This document shows, piece by piece, positions 24,038-35,323 of a stretch of 64,000 nucleotides of DNA. This DNA is from an uncultured Gemmatimonadaceae bacterium (GTDB lineage Bacteria; Gemmatimonadota; Gemmatimonadetes; Gemmatimonadales; Gemmatimonadaceae). The notes below the pieces were generated by a model. The model saw only the letters and a list, made by a program, of their open reading frames with translations. It had not been told where the DNA came from and ran no database searches. Location: the NCBI GenBank assembly GCA_963843845.1, contig CAWJMB010000002.1, positions 2,656,001 through 2,720,000 of the forward strand, in the 5' to 3' direction. Position numbers and translations under genes: made by a program. The first letter of the stretch is position 1; every line of letters starts with the position of its first letter.

Positions 24038-24253
24038 GCGAATTTGCGCCCAATCCCGAACAGACCGCGAAGACGTCTGAGTGTGCGATAAGTCACGGTA
24101 ACTACGTGACTTAGCTGTGACCTGTCGGGTTGACGCCTCGTCTCTCGGCCGGTAGGTTGCCGATCGCTGGTGAGATGCTGTCGTCACCTGCGCCCTCCCG
24201 CCTCTTTTCGACCGCGTCGCACCGCGTCCCGACGCCGCGCGTCGAGCCCAGTC

Positions 24254-24820
24254 ATGCAGAGTCGTATCGTCGTTCCGCTCGTCTGCGCCGCCGCGATCGT
24301 CGTTCGCGTGCGGGCCGCGCTTCCGTGCCGCCTCACCGGCCGCCGCCCGCGCGCGACTCGCTCACGCGAGCGAACGGCCGAGCTCGCCGGCTGCGGCGCA
24401 GCGCGTCGGTCCGCGCGTCGGAAGGGCGACGACCACGGCCGTCGACGCGCGCCCTCGCCGTCGACACCGCGAAGCGGCCGCGTCCAGATCGCGCTGGACA
24501 TCGTGAACGTCACGCGCAGGCGGCTCGAGATCGACTTCCCGGACGGTCAGACGCGCGACTTCGCGATCTTCGACGAGCGCGGTCGTCGAAGTCTGGCGGT
24601 GGAGCACGCGGCCGGCTCTTCACCCAGACCGTGCAGAATCGCTTCCTCGCCGCCGGCGATACGGCGCGCTACGAATCCGTTGGCGGGCGCCGCGCCCGGG
24701 ACGCTACACGGTCGTCGCCGTGCTCAGGAGCGCGAACTACCCGGTCGAGCGCGACGGCGTGCCTTCGTCGTCGCGTCGTCGGGTGCGCGCGTGGTCGCGA
24801 GCGTCGACAGCGCACGCTGA
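24254..24820 (+). CDS. BsuPI-like (intracellular proteinase inhibitor domain) exported protein (frameshifted)
   Basis: LDIVNVT..LEIDFPDGQTRDFAIFD..RLFTQ pattern. Confidence 0.6.
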   Translation: MQSRIVVPLVCAAAIVVRVRAALPCRLTGRRPRATRSRERTAELAGCGAARRSARRKGDDHGRRRAPSPSTPRSGRVQIALDIVNVTRRRLEIDFPDGQTRDFAIFDERGRRSLAVEHAAGSSPRPCRIASSPPAIRRATNPLAGAAPGTLHGRRRAQERELPGRARRRAFVVASSGARVVASVDSAR

Positions 24821-24915
24821 GCGCCGTCGTGCGGCGCGTGCTCGAACGGCGCGCGCGACACCCTGAGCTTGTTCGCGCGCTCGTTAGACTCGGCCGATCC
24901 CTTACCTGGACGGCC

Positions 24916-25966
24916 GTGACCGATCCGCATTCCTCGCGACGACGTCGACGCTGCTCGCCGAGCTCGCCGCCGCCCGCGCCGCCCTCACCGCGCAGATCGC
25001 CCGCCGCGTCGTCGGGCAGCACGAGATCGTCGACAACCTGATCGCCGCGCTGCTCGCCGGCGGGCACGTCCTGCTCGTCGGCGTGCCCGGGCTCGCGAAG
25101 ACGCTGCTCGTGCAGACCGTCGCCGCAGGCGCTCGACCTCGAGTTCGCGCGCGTGCAGTTCACGCCGGACCTGATGCCGAGCGACATCACCGGCACCGAG
25201 GTGCTGGAGGAGGACGCACGCGACCGGGCGCCGCGTGTTCCGGTTCGTGCAGCGGGCCGATCTTCGCCAACATCGTGCTCGCCGACGAGATCAACCGCGC
25301 CCCGCCGAAGACGCAGGCCGCGCTGCTGCAGGCGATGCAGGAGCACGCGGTCACGGCCGGCCGGCACGACGCACCGGCTGCCGGAGCCGTTCTTCGTGCT
25401 CGCGACGCAGAACCCGATCGAGCAGGAGGGGACGTACCCGCTGCCCGAGGCGCAGCTCGACCGGTTCATGTTCGAGCTCCGCGTCGGCTATCCGACGCGC
25501 GACGAGGAGGAGCAGATCGTCGCGACGACGACGGGCGATGTCGACGCAGGAGCCGCGTCGCCGGTGCTCGGCGCCGACGCGGCTCGCCGAGCTGCAGCGG
25601 CTCGTGCGCCGCCTTCCGGCCCCGCCGACGGTCGTGAAGTACGCGGTGCGCCTCGCGCGCTCCACGCGGCCCGACGACCCCGACGCGACGGCGCAGGTGA
25701 AGAAGTACGTGAGCTGGGGCGCCGGGCCGCGCGCGTCGCAGTACCTCGTGCTCGGCGCGAAGGCGCGCGCGGCGATGGACGGCCGCGCGATGCCGGACAT
25801 CGACGACGTGCGAGCCGTCGCACTCCCGGTGCTGCGCCACCGCCTCGTGCTGAACTTCCAGGCGGAAGCGGACGGCGTCGGCGTCGAGCAGCTCCTCGAT
25901 CTGCGCGAGACGCCAGAACGGCTAGCGCCGAGCACCGTTGCGGGCGTTCACTCTGTTCCGGTTTGA
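24916..25966 (+). CDS. MoxR family AAA+ ATPase (frameshifted)
   Basis: GVPGLAKT, QFTPDLMPSDITG, DEINRAPPKTQ, ATQNPIEQEGTYPLPEAQLDRF. Confidence 0.92.
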
Positions 25967-26067
25967 CGCTCGTGTGACGCTCGGGGATTTGACTTAGGGC
26001 GGGCCCGGCGGCGCCGACGACGGCGGCGCGGGCCGACCCATGTCCAGCACATCGCGTCGCGACCGTC

Positions 26068-29000
26068 ATGATCCGCCTGCGGACGCTCGGAGAATGCGTC
26101 ATCGAAGTCGGGAACACGCCGTTCACTCCCGACTTCGACTCACTCTTCGCGGCCCTCGTCTACCTCGCCGTCGAACGCGCCGCGCCGATTCCGCGGTCGA
26201 CGCTCTCGAGCCTGCTGTGGCCGCACCACGATCCCGACGAGGCCCGCCACTGCCTGCGGCAGCTGCTCTACCGGATGCGCAACGCACGCGTCGAAGTCCA
26301 CGGGGCACGCGACACGGTCTGGATCCCGGACGCGCTGGTCGTCCCGACGTTCTCCGCCGCCCCGTCCGCCGAGCGCCTCGTCGCCGAGCGTGACGCCGGG
26401 ACGTTGCGGCTGGGCGGGTTCCTTCCCGGCTACTGGCCGAAGCTCTCCGAGCCGTTCGCGCAGTGGGTCGACACGACGCGCTCGGCGATCGAGTCCCGGG
26501 TGCGCCGGGTGCTGCTCGAAGTCGCCCGCGCGCACCGGCTGCGCGGGGAGTGGGAGCAGGTCGAGGCGCTCGCCCTGCAGTGCTTGCAGCTCGACCCGCT
26601 GAATCAGGAGGCGACGTTCGCGCACACGGAGGCGACCGCGATGCTCGGCGGCAAGGGCGACGCGCTGATCATACTCGACCGATACATCACGCGAACTCAC
26701 CGGCTCGCGCGACGACATCCTCGCTCCGGCCATCATCCTTCGCCGCCGCATCGCCGAGCGCTTCCCGGCACGAAGCTATGCGTCGCGCGCCGACCAGTGC
26801 TTCGTCGGTCGCGCCGAGACGCTCGAAGTCCTCGCGCACGCGCTGGAGCGTGCCCGTGCGGGCCACGGCACCGGGGTCGTGCTGACAGGTACGTCCGGCA
26901 TCGGCAAGACGCGCGTGACTCAGGAATTCCTACGCGCCGCTGCGCTCCAAGGCGCGCGCCTCGTCCGCGTCTCGACGCAGGAGGCCGATCACCATCGCCC
27001 GATGTCGGCCTTCTCCGACGCGGTGCCGCAACTACGCACACTCCCGGGCGCGATCGGCGTGTCGCCGAGCTCACTCGAGTACCTGCTCCGACTGACCGAG
27101 CCTCCGGCGACGGCGCCGCCGATCGAGGACCATGTCGATCCGCACTGGATCGCGATGCGCATCCGTCAGTCCGTGGTCGACCTCGTCGACGCCGTGGCGA
27201 CGGAGAGCACGGTGCTCATGCTGATCGACGACGCGCACTGGCTCGACGCGCAGTCGTGGGCTGCGCTCGCCGCCATCACGGACGGGTTGTCGCGGCGCCG
27301 CCTCCTCTTCGTGCTCACGTCGCGCCTGGATTACCCGCTCGGCGACGTCCCACAGCGTTGCGTCAACGAGTTCAGCTGGCACCGGATTCCCCCCCTCGAC
27401 GCGGTCGCCGCCGACGAGCTCGTGCGGGCCGTCGCCGTCACGAACGCCGGGCGCCTCGACGTCGACGACGTCACCTGGTGCATCGGCGCCGGCGAAGGGA
27501 ACCCACTTTTTCTGCGCGAGCTCGCCGCACATCGTGCGGCGCGCCACACCCCCGACGTCGTGCCGCCGTCACTCGCCGGGCTCCTCGACGGCCGGCTCGA
27601 CGCGCTGAACCCACTCTCGCGACGACTCGTCGACGCGGTCGCCATCGCCGACGGCATCGCGACGCTCGACGAACTCGCGGAGATCCTGCAGCTGACGGCG
27701 CACGAGATGGCCAGCGCGCTCGGCGGGCTGAGCGAGGCGGGCGTGTTGACCGAGGACTCCCCGACGGCGGAGCTTCGGCACGAGTTGCTGAAGCGGCGGG
27801 TGATGGGGAGGATGTCTCCTACGGTGCGGCGGCTGTTTCATCGGCGGACGGCGGCGACGCTTTCAGCCGGGCGGGCCGAGGCCGGGATGACCGGCCGCGT
27901 CCTTGCTGCAGCAACTCACTGGCAAATGGCGGGCGATCTCTCTAACGCGATCCGCACATTAGACACAGCATCGACCAACGTCGTGGCGCTGGGCGACGTG
28001 GCGATGGCGATCGATCTGTTACGCCACGCGAGCGCGATCATCGCAACTCATGGTCTTCAAAAACCCGAGCTTGACGTTCGACTCATCAGACTACTTACGA
28101 CGAACGGCGAGTTCCAAGAGTCGCTCGACAGGTATAACTCGCTAAAAGCGTCGGGCGCACTTCCCCGCAGCGACCACTCGGCAGAGGCGAGAACATACAG
28201 TATTGAGGCCGCCTGGCGGCTCGGATGGAACCCGCACGACCTCATTGCGGACACATATGACATTGCCGCCGACGATACCCTGAATCTAAGTCGACGCGTC
28301 GCGGCAGCACGTCTCGGCATGATGATCGCGAGTCACCATGGCATTGAGCAAGATCAGCACGAACTCTGGAAATGCATCGAGCCCTTCACCAACCGGAGCA
28401 ACCAAGATCTTGGAAGTCTCCTCTCAGTCGAGATTGTGTACCGTATCAATGTGCGTCAGTTGGAACTCGGCATCACCAAAGCGCGTGAGCTCGAGGCGCT
28501 AACGGCGAGCATGGAGGATCGACTTCTGGGCATGCGGCAGCTGGCGTTGGTAGCAGACGCCTATCGTATCGCAGGACTAGCTCAGGATGCTCGGCGCTGC
28601 GACGAGATCGTCTATGCCGAGGCTACCCGACTCGATTCCCCACAGTATCAAGCCTTCGCGGCTTATCGCATGGCAAGTGGCGCGCTCGACGCGCGCGATG
28701 TGCGATCGGCAAAACAGTGGCTAACTAGACTTGAGTCATTCATGAGCCGAATTAGCTTCGATGCGCTGATGCAGGCCGTGCGCGAAGAGAAGTGCAGAAT
28801 AGCGATCCTTGAGCGCGATTATCGCGGAGCGCATGAGTTACTGTCAGTTTTCGCCGCCCATCAGGACAAGTCCGGCCATAACACTAATTGGCGCAGAAGA
28901 AGTCTCGCTACGTTGCGGCTAGAGCTGTATATGGCTGAGTTCGACGGTGCACCGAGCGAACATTTGGTAAGTGATCTCCTTTCGGCGCATGACACGAGCA

Positions 29001-29209
29001 AGCACATACCATCCCACGATCGCACTGTCGCTGTGCTCGCGATAGCGCTTGATCGCGCAGGACGGACGGCTGAGGCTCTCGAACTGGTCCAGCGATACAC
29101 GAATGCGGAACGTACGTCACTCTCAGAGTGGGAGCGGCCCTGCATTCAAGTGGCACACCTTTGCGATGAGCCGCCAAGAGATTTAGCAGCTACATTTAGC
29201 GACGAATAA
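26068..29209 (+). CDS. SARP/BTAD-type regulator fused to a STAND-like ATPase and a helical C-terminal domain (one frameshift near 26690)
   Basis: IRLRTLG..LLWP..LRQLLYR (wHTH-like), LQLDPLNQE (BTAD), FVGR..GTSGIGKT Walker A, LIDDAHW Walker B, GNPLFL. Confidence 0.8.
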
Positions 29210-29251
29210 GTCGGCCTGAACTGTCAAGCGTGTGAGTTGGCAAGCATCGGA

Positions 29252-30598
29252 TCACTGACCAGTCCCTCTGGAGTTGGATACCAGCTTGATCCCATAGCGA
29301 GAGTGGCTTGATCCTTCCTCGGGGGAAAACAGGTAGTTCCAGTAGGGGCTCGCTAAGAGACGCTTGACAATTAGGGGGTCAAACTGAGTTCCCGCGCAAC
29401 GTTCGACCTCCAGTCGAACCTCCGCGATCGTCAAGCCCCGACGATACGAGCGGTCCGAGGTCATCGCATCTATTGTGTCTGCGATAGCTAGCACCCGAGC
29501 CATGAGAGGGATGGCGTCGCCCCGCAGTCCGTCCGGGTAGCCCGCACCGTCCCAACGCTCATGGTGATGACGTACGGCGGGCAGAACATCGTGGAGCTGC
29601 GAAACGTTGGCGACGAGCCTTTCCCCGTCGATTGGATGCTCTTTCATCAACATCCACTCGTCGCGTGTAAGTCGATCAGGCTTGCTGAGGATAGGGGCGT
29701 ACTTTTCGTGGATCTTACCGACATCGTGCAGTAATCCCGCTACGCCGATCCGGTCGACGTCGCGGGCTGGTAGCTCAATCGATCGCGCGATTTCGATAGC
29801 CATTCGAGACACCCGACGCGAATGCCCTGACGTGTAGGGGTCTCGTGCTTCAATTGCACTAACCATCAACTCGAGCATCTCTCGCGATACTTTTTGCAAT
29901 GCCCGATTGGTCTGATACAGCCGATCAATCCATATCAGCGTCGAACAGACAAGTACCGTCTGCCACATTCCCCAGACAGCAGCCGAGTAAGCGATAGCAC
30001 CAACCACTGGACTGACAAGCACGTCGTCCAATGCGGTACGCCCCGTAACGGCCCGCCAAGTACTCCAGAATGGTTGATCCTGCGACAACGCAACCACACC
30101 CGTCGTGAGAGCACTGCACACCAAGCTACCGACGATCAGAAGGGCTCCGACAGACGACAGTGTCCTAGAACCGTTTCCGAGCCACGCGGTACCCCCAACT
30201 GCCTGAAAAGCCAGGATTGAGAGTGCGTTTGCGGTGGCCTGCGCTGCCGAGTTGAATACTACGCGTGATGGTAATGATTTCTGCCGTAGTTGGAGGGTTG
30301 CTACGGTAATGGCAACGAGAACCGGTACAGTCCAATTCGCGACTGTGAAGCCAGCTGCGGGAAATAGGAGAAACCCTACTGTGGCTGACGTTCCCTTCTG
30401 ATCTAAATCGTACCGAACCTGACTCGCGAGCCAGCCGATCGCACAGAGGAACGCGGCCGTAGCAGCAGATTCAACGGTTGCCGACGGGCCGCGAGTAGCC
30501 AGTGCGACCGTACAGCACACAGCTACCGCAACCACCGCGGCGATGTAAAGCTTGACTGCTGTGCGCATGGAAGGCGAATTCCCCCGACCGAGAAGCAT
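29252..30598 (-). CDS. Membrane-integral HD-GYP phosphodiesterase (start at 30598 or 30568)
   Basis: About 6-7 hydrophobic helices, then EARDPYTSGHS, HDVGK, HHERWDGAGYP. Confidence 0.9.
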   Translation of the reverse strand: MLLGRGNSPSMRTAVKLYIAAVVAVAVCCTVALATRGPSATVESAATAAFLCAIGWLASQVRYDLDQKGTSATVGFLLFPAAGFTVANWTVPVLVAITVATLQLRQKSLPSRVVFNSAAQATANALSILAFQAVGGTAWLGNGSRTLSSVGALLIVGSLVCSALTTGVVALSQDQPFWSTWRAVTGRTALDDVLVSPVVGAIAYSAAVWGMWQTVLVCSTLIWIDRLYQTNRALQKVSREMLELMVSAIEARDPYTSGHSRRVSRMAIEIARSIELPARDVDRIGVAGLLHDVGKIHEKYAPILSKPDRLTRDEWMLMKEHPIDGERLVANVSQLHDVLPAVRHHHERWDGAGYPDGLRGDAIPLMARVLAIADTIDAMTSDRSYRRGLTIAEVRLEVERCAGTQFDPLIVKRLLASPYWNYLFSPEEGSSHSRYGIKLVSNSRGTGQ

Positions 30599-30602
30599 TA
30601 GC

Positions 30603-30671
30603 TTAGTTCCAAATCGGATAGCCGCTCAGCGCCGAAATGCCGTCGACGATGATCGAGAGAATCAGGCTCAT
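30603..30671 (-). CDS. 22-aa small peptide MSLILSIIVDGISALSGYPIWN (below the ORF-track cutoff)
   Basis: Hand-translated ATG to TAA; GGCGAGG RBS-like element 9 nt upstream; stop 4 nt before the first HD-GYP ATG. Confidence 0.65.
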   Translation of the reverse strand: MSLILSIIVDGISALSGYPIWN

Positions 30672-30990
30672 GGGAGAAAACCTCGCCGGTGAAGAGACGT
30701 CGTGTGAGGATCACACACAGATCACGGTTCGGCTCCGCTCATAACACGATCTGATTCCGCTCCGCTCGACTGCTCGGCACTACACCTACTGGTCTGACTG
30801 GTCGTACGGCGCGGCCCCGGAATTCAGACACGAATCCCGACAGCCACTGGACGAACAGACGGCAGATGACGCGTTGCGGGCTAACGAGATGGGGGAAGCT
30901 AGAGATTCTCGGCGCGGGGGCTCACCGCCGCGACTGCCGGCGGTGAATGATCTCCTCGGGGGAAAAGGGTGACACTCGGGCCGCGGCGCG

Positions 30991-31719
30991 CTAGCGCGCG
31001 CGCGCAACCCAGCGGTTGGTCGCGTCCAGCACGGCGAGCGCGGCGGCGGTCTCGACGCTCTCGCGCACTTCACAGCTTCCGGTCAACAGCGAGGCGCCGC
31101 GGCCCTGCCGAGCGGTCACGCCGACGAACACGAAGTCGCGGTCGAAGGCGGTGATGACTTCCGCCCCCTCGAGCGTCAGCCCCGCCGCCTCGCGTGCGAG
31201 TTCGCCGAGCGCGCTCAGCGTGGCGCGGGCAGCGATCTCCTCGGTGCGGGCACGCGCGCCAGACTGCGTCTCGGCTTCGGCGTCGACGGACTCCTCGCCG
31301 CGGCGGAGGGTCACCCGACACCAGGCCGAGCGCGACGAGCGGCGGACCTCGACGTCCTCGAACATCACACGCTGCGGGGCGAGGTCGACCGGACTCGCAG
31401 GGACGAGGGTCGGCGTCGGACGCGACGAGCGAGCACGGAAGCCGTCGGAGGTCGTGGCGACAGAGATCTTGCGGTGATCGACGCGCACACCGAAGTGGGC
31501 CAGCAGCGCGCTCTCCACGTTGCGGACGGTCTGCTTCGGAACGACGTCGGCGCTGGTCAGCACGTGGACGTCGCCGACACCGCCGCCGTCGAGCTCCAGG
31601 ATGCGGGCGGAGATGACGCCCGGAAGACTCGCGATCAGCGCCTCGGCATCAGGGATCGAAAGCGGGGGCGCCGCCGGGGGGAGCGGGCGCGCGGCGGTAC
31701 TGCTGGACGGATGCGACAC
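30991..31719 (-). CDS. Uncharacterised two-domain protein; C-terminus resembles the LeuA regulatory domain (start approximate)
   Basis: LIASLPGVISARI..VHVLT..PKQTVRNVESALLA..VDHRKISVA; LTGSCEVRESVETAAALAVLDATNR. Confidence 0.7.
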   Translation of the reverse strand: MSHPSSSTAARPLPPAAPPLSIPDAEALIASLPGVISARILELDGGGVGDVHVLTSADVVPKQTVRNVESALLAHFGVRVDHRKISVATTSDGFRARSSRPTPTLVPASPVDLAPQRVMFEDVEVRRSSRSAWCRVTLRRGEESVDAEAETQSGARARTEEIAARATLSALGELAREAAGLTLEGAEVITAFDRDFVFVGVTARQGRGASLLTGSCEVRESVETAAALAVLDATNRWVARAR

Positions 31720-31928
31720 GGCGGGAGGCGTAAGAGACGGGAACCGGCGACTGCTGGCCGGCACGTGCAACAACCCGAAGCTTTTTCGCGAGGGGGAGAC
31801 GCGAGCGCGAGGGCGCGAGCGTCGCATCCAGAGGAGGGGGGACGAGCGGGAGAGGGGTCGAGCTGACGCGGACTAAAGCTGCACGAACCGTGCGGGTGTC
31901 GCAACCCGTTCAACAGGTGAAACTTACG

Positions 31929-33545
31929 TCAACTGTCGAGGCCGGTGATCGGGAGTTGGTATTCGTGGAGCTTCCGGTACAACGTGCGTTCGCCGATCCC
32001 GAGCAGGTCCGCAGCCCGACGACGATTACCCCCCGTCTCGCGTAACGCCGCTTCGATCGCGGCCCGCTCGATGGCGGCCATGGTCATGCCGGGGACGATC
32101 GTCACGACGTTCGGTGGGGGAACGGTGTCGCGCGCCGCGAGGGCGCCGACGGGGACGGTCCCTTCCACACGCGGCACGTCGCCGGGCGCGTCGAACAGCG
32201 CTGCGGGGGTGCGCTGCGTCCGCTCGTCGTCGAGACGGCGCCGCAGTTCTTCGACCTGCAATTTGAGCTCGAGCAGGCTCCGGACGATGAACTCGAGTTC
32301 CCGCCCCTGCGCCCGCTCGCCATCACGTGCGTATCTGCTCGCGGGAACCGGAAGGAGCCGGCCCGCCGCGATTTCGCTCCCCTCCCGCAGGTGCCGGGGA
32401 AGGTCTTCGGGTCGGATCTCGCGCCCGGGCGCGAGCACCACCATGCTTTCGATCAGATTCCGGAGCTCGCGAACGTTGCCGGGCCACGGGTAGTCGACGA
32501 GCAGCGCCATGGCGTCGCCGGAGATGCCATGAAACGCCCGATCGTGTCGCGCTGAGAACTCCGCGACGAATCGGCGAACGAGGAGGGAGATGTCGGACCG
32601 GCGTTCGCGCAGTGGCGGGAGGTAGATCCGTAGCACATCGAGGCGGTAGAACAGGTCCGCGCGGAACGTGCCGTCAACGACTTGCTCGCGCAGCGGACGG
32701 TTCGTCGCTGCCACGACCCGTACGTCGATGTCGATCGGCTGATTCCCGCCGAGTCGCGTGACTTCACGCTCCTCGAGCACGCGGAGCAGCTTGACCTGCG
32801 TCGACGTCGGGATCTCGCCGATCTCGTCGAGAAAGAGTGACCCGCCGTCGGCGAGCTCGAAACGACCGAGGCGACGTTCGGCGGCGCCGGTGAAGGCACC
32901 CTTCTCGTGGCCGAACAGCTCGCTCTCGAGCAGCGTCTCGGGGAGCGCGCCGACGTTCACCGCGATGAACGGCCGCGCGCGGCGGGGGCTGAGCTGATGG
33001 ATCGCTCGCGCGACGAGCTCCTTCCCCGTCCCACTCTCTCCTTCGATCAATACAGTACTGGATACCGGAGCAATCTGTTCTACTTTGACAATAACTTCAT
33101 GGATCGCGGCGCTCTCGCCGATGAGCCCGGTGACGAGCTGCATCCGCCGGCGCTCGACGAGCCGTCGCATGCCGTCGGCCACCTCACTCGGCACGACCGG
33201 CTTGGAGTAGAGCTCGGCGAAGCCGGCGTCGTGCAGTCGCTGTGTCGTCTGCGGATCGGCGACGTCGACGAGACCGACGACGGAGACGCCGTCCCAGAGC
33301 AGATCGCGGACGATCGCGACGTTGTGCTCGTCGAGCAGTGCGCCGGTGAGCAGGACGACGTCAGGCCGCGCCCGGCGGAGGGTCGCTCGCAGGTCGTCGA
33401 CCGGCGACACGAGCTCGGTCGCGACGCCGGAGCTCTCGAGCAGCGCATTCACGCGCACCGCCGGCTCGACGTCGGCGAGCGTGATGACGGCCCGCATCGG
33501 ACGCTCGGCGTCACGCGCGACGGCGCGCGGCGTCGGCGCGCTCAT
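31929..33545 (-). CDS. Sigma-54-dependent activator with degenerate receiver domain
   Basis: [29 protein letters not shown], Fis-type HTH; receiver reads DVVLLTG. Confidence 0.9.
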   Translation of the reverse strand: MSAPTPRAVARDAERPMRAVITLADVEPAVRVNALLESSGVATELVSPVDDLRATLRRARPDVVLLTGALLDEHNVAIVRDLLWDGVSVVGLVDVADPQTTQRLHDAGFAELYSKPVVPSEVADGMRRLVERRRMQLVTGLIGESAAIHEVIVKVEQIAPVSSTVLIEGESGTGKELVARAIHQLSPRRARPFIAVNVGALPETLLESELFGHEKGAFTGAAERRLGRFELADGGSLFLDEIGEIPTSTQVKLLRVLEEREVTRLGGNQPIDIDVRVVAATNRPLREQVVDGTFRADLFYRLDVLRIYLPPLRERRSDISLLVRRFVAEFSARHDRAFHGISGDAMALLVDYPWPGNVRELRNLIESMVVLAPGREIRPEDLPRHLREGSEIAAGRLLPVPASRYARDGERAQGRELEFIVRSLLELKLQVEELRRRLDDERTQRTPAALFDAPGDVPRVEGTVPVGALAARDTVPPPNVVTIVPGMTMAAIERAAIEAALRETGGNRRRAADLLGIGERTLYRKLHEYQLPITGLDS

Positions 33546-34087
33546 GAGCGCTCGCCCTCACGGGCGACGCGGGACGTTCCGTCGCCGCGGCCGGCGTGCG
33601 CTTCGCCCGTATGCTCCGTGACGGCGCCACGCAGCACGTCGCACGCGTGACGCGCGATCGGGTCGAGCGCGGCGAGTCCGTCGCGAACGCCGCTCGGCGA
33701 CCCGGGGAGATTGACGACGAGCGTGCGCCCGCGGGTGCCGGCGAGCCCGCGAGAGAGTGCGGCGAGCGGAAACGTCGCGCCGCCGACGGCGCGCAGCCGC
33801 TCCGCGATGCCGGGCGCCTCGCGCTCGATCACGACGCGCGTCGCTTCGGGCGTCACGTCACGAGGCGACAGGCCGGTGCCGCCGGTCGTCAGCACGAGGT
33901 CGGCGACGTCGTCGTCGCACCACGTCGTGAGTGTGCGAACGATCACCGCGACGTCGTCCGCGACGAGCGCACGCGCGCTGCACTCGTCGCCGTTCGCGCT
34001 CGACCACGCCGCAATGGCGTCTCCCGACGCGTCGTGGCGCTCACCGCGCGCGCCGGCGTCGGAGATCGTGAGGATGGCGATGCGCAC
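33542..34087 (-). CDS. Molybdopterin adenylyltransferase, MogA/MoaB family
   Basis: ILTISD, TTGGTGLSPRDVTPEAT, NLPGSP. Confidence 0.9.
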   Translation of the reverse strand: MRIAILTISDAGARGERHDASGDAIAAWSSANGDECSARALVADDVAVIVRTLTTWCDDDVADLVLTTGGTGLSPRDVTPEATRVVIEREAPGIAERLRAVGGATFPLAALSRGLAGTRGRTLVVNLPGSPSGVRDGLAALDPIARHACDVLRGAVTEHTGEAHAGRGDGTSRVAREGERS

Positions 34088-34113
34088 CCTGCCGTGCCTC
34101 CCGCGACGGGTGC

Positions 34114-35226
<1,113 letters not shown>

Positions 35227-35323
35227 CGGTCAGCTCTCCAGGGGTGTGGAAGGAGGCGGAATATGCCGAGGCGACGAGGGGGCTGGAAGTGCTCCAGCCC
35301 CCTCGACACTGCGCGCGCGCGCG

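Noticed and set aside
30603..30671. Peptide as a RiPP precursor
   Set aside because: No modifying enzyme, peptidase-transporter or RRE protein is visible nearby; a signalling or modulator role fits the context better.
31879..31895. Sigma-54-like promoter CCGCACGGTTCGTGCA upstream of the 30991-31719 gene
   Set aside because: The invariant -24 GG is replaced by CG, so it cannot be supported.
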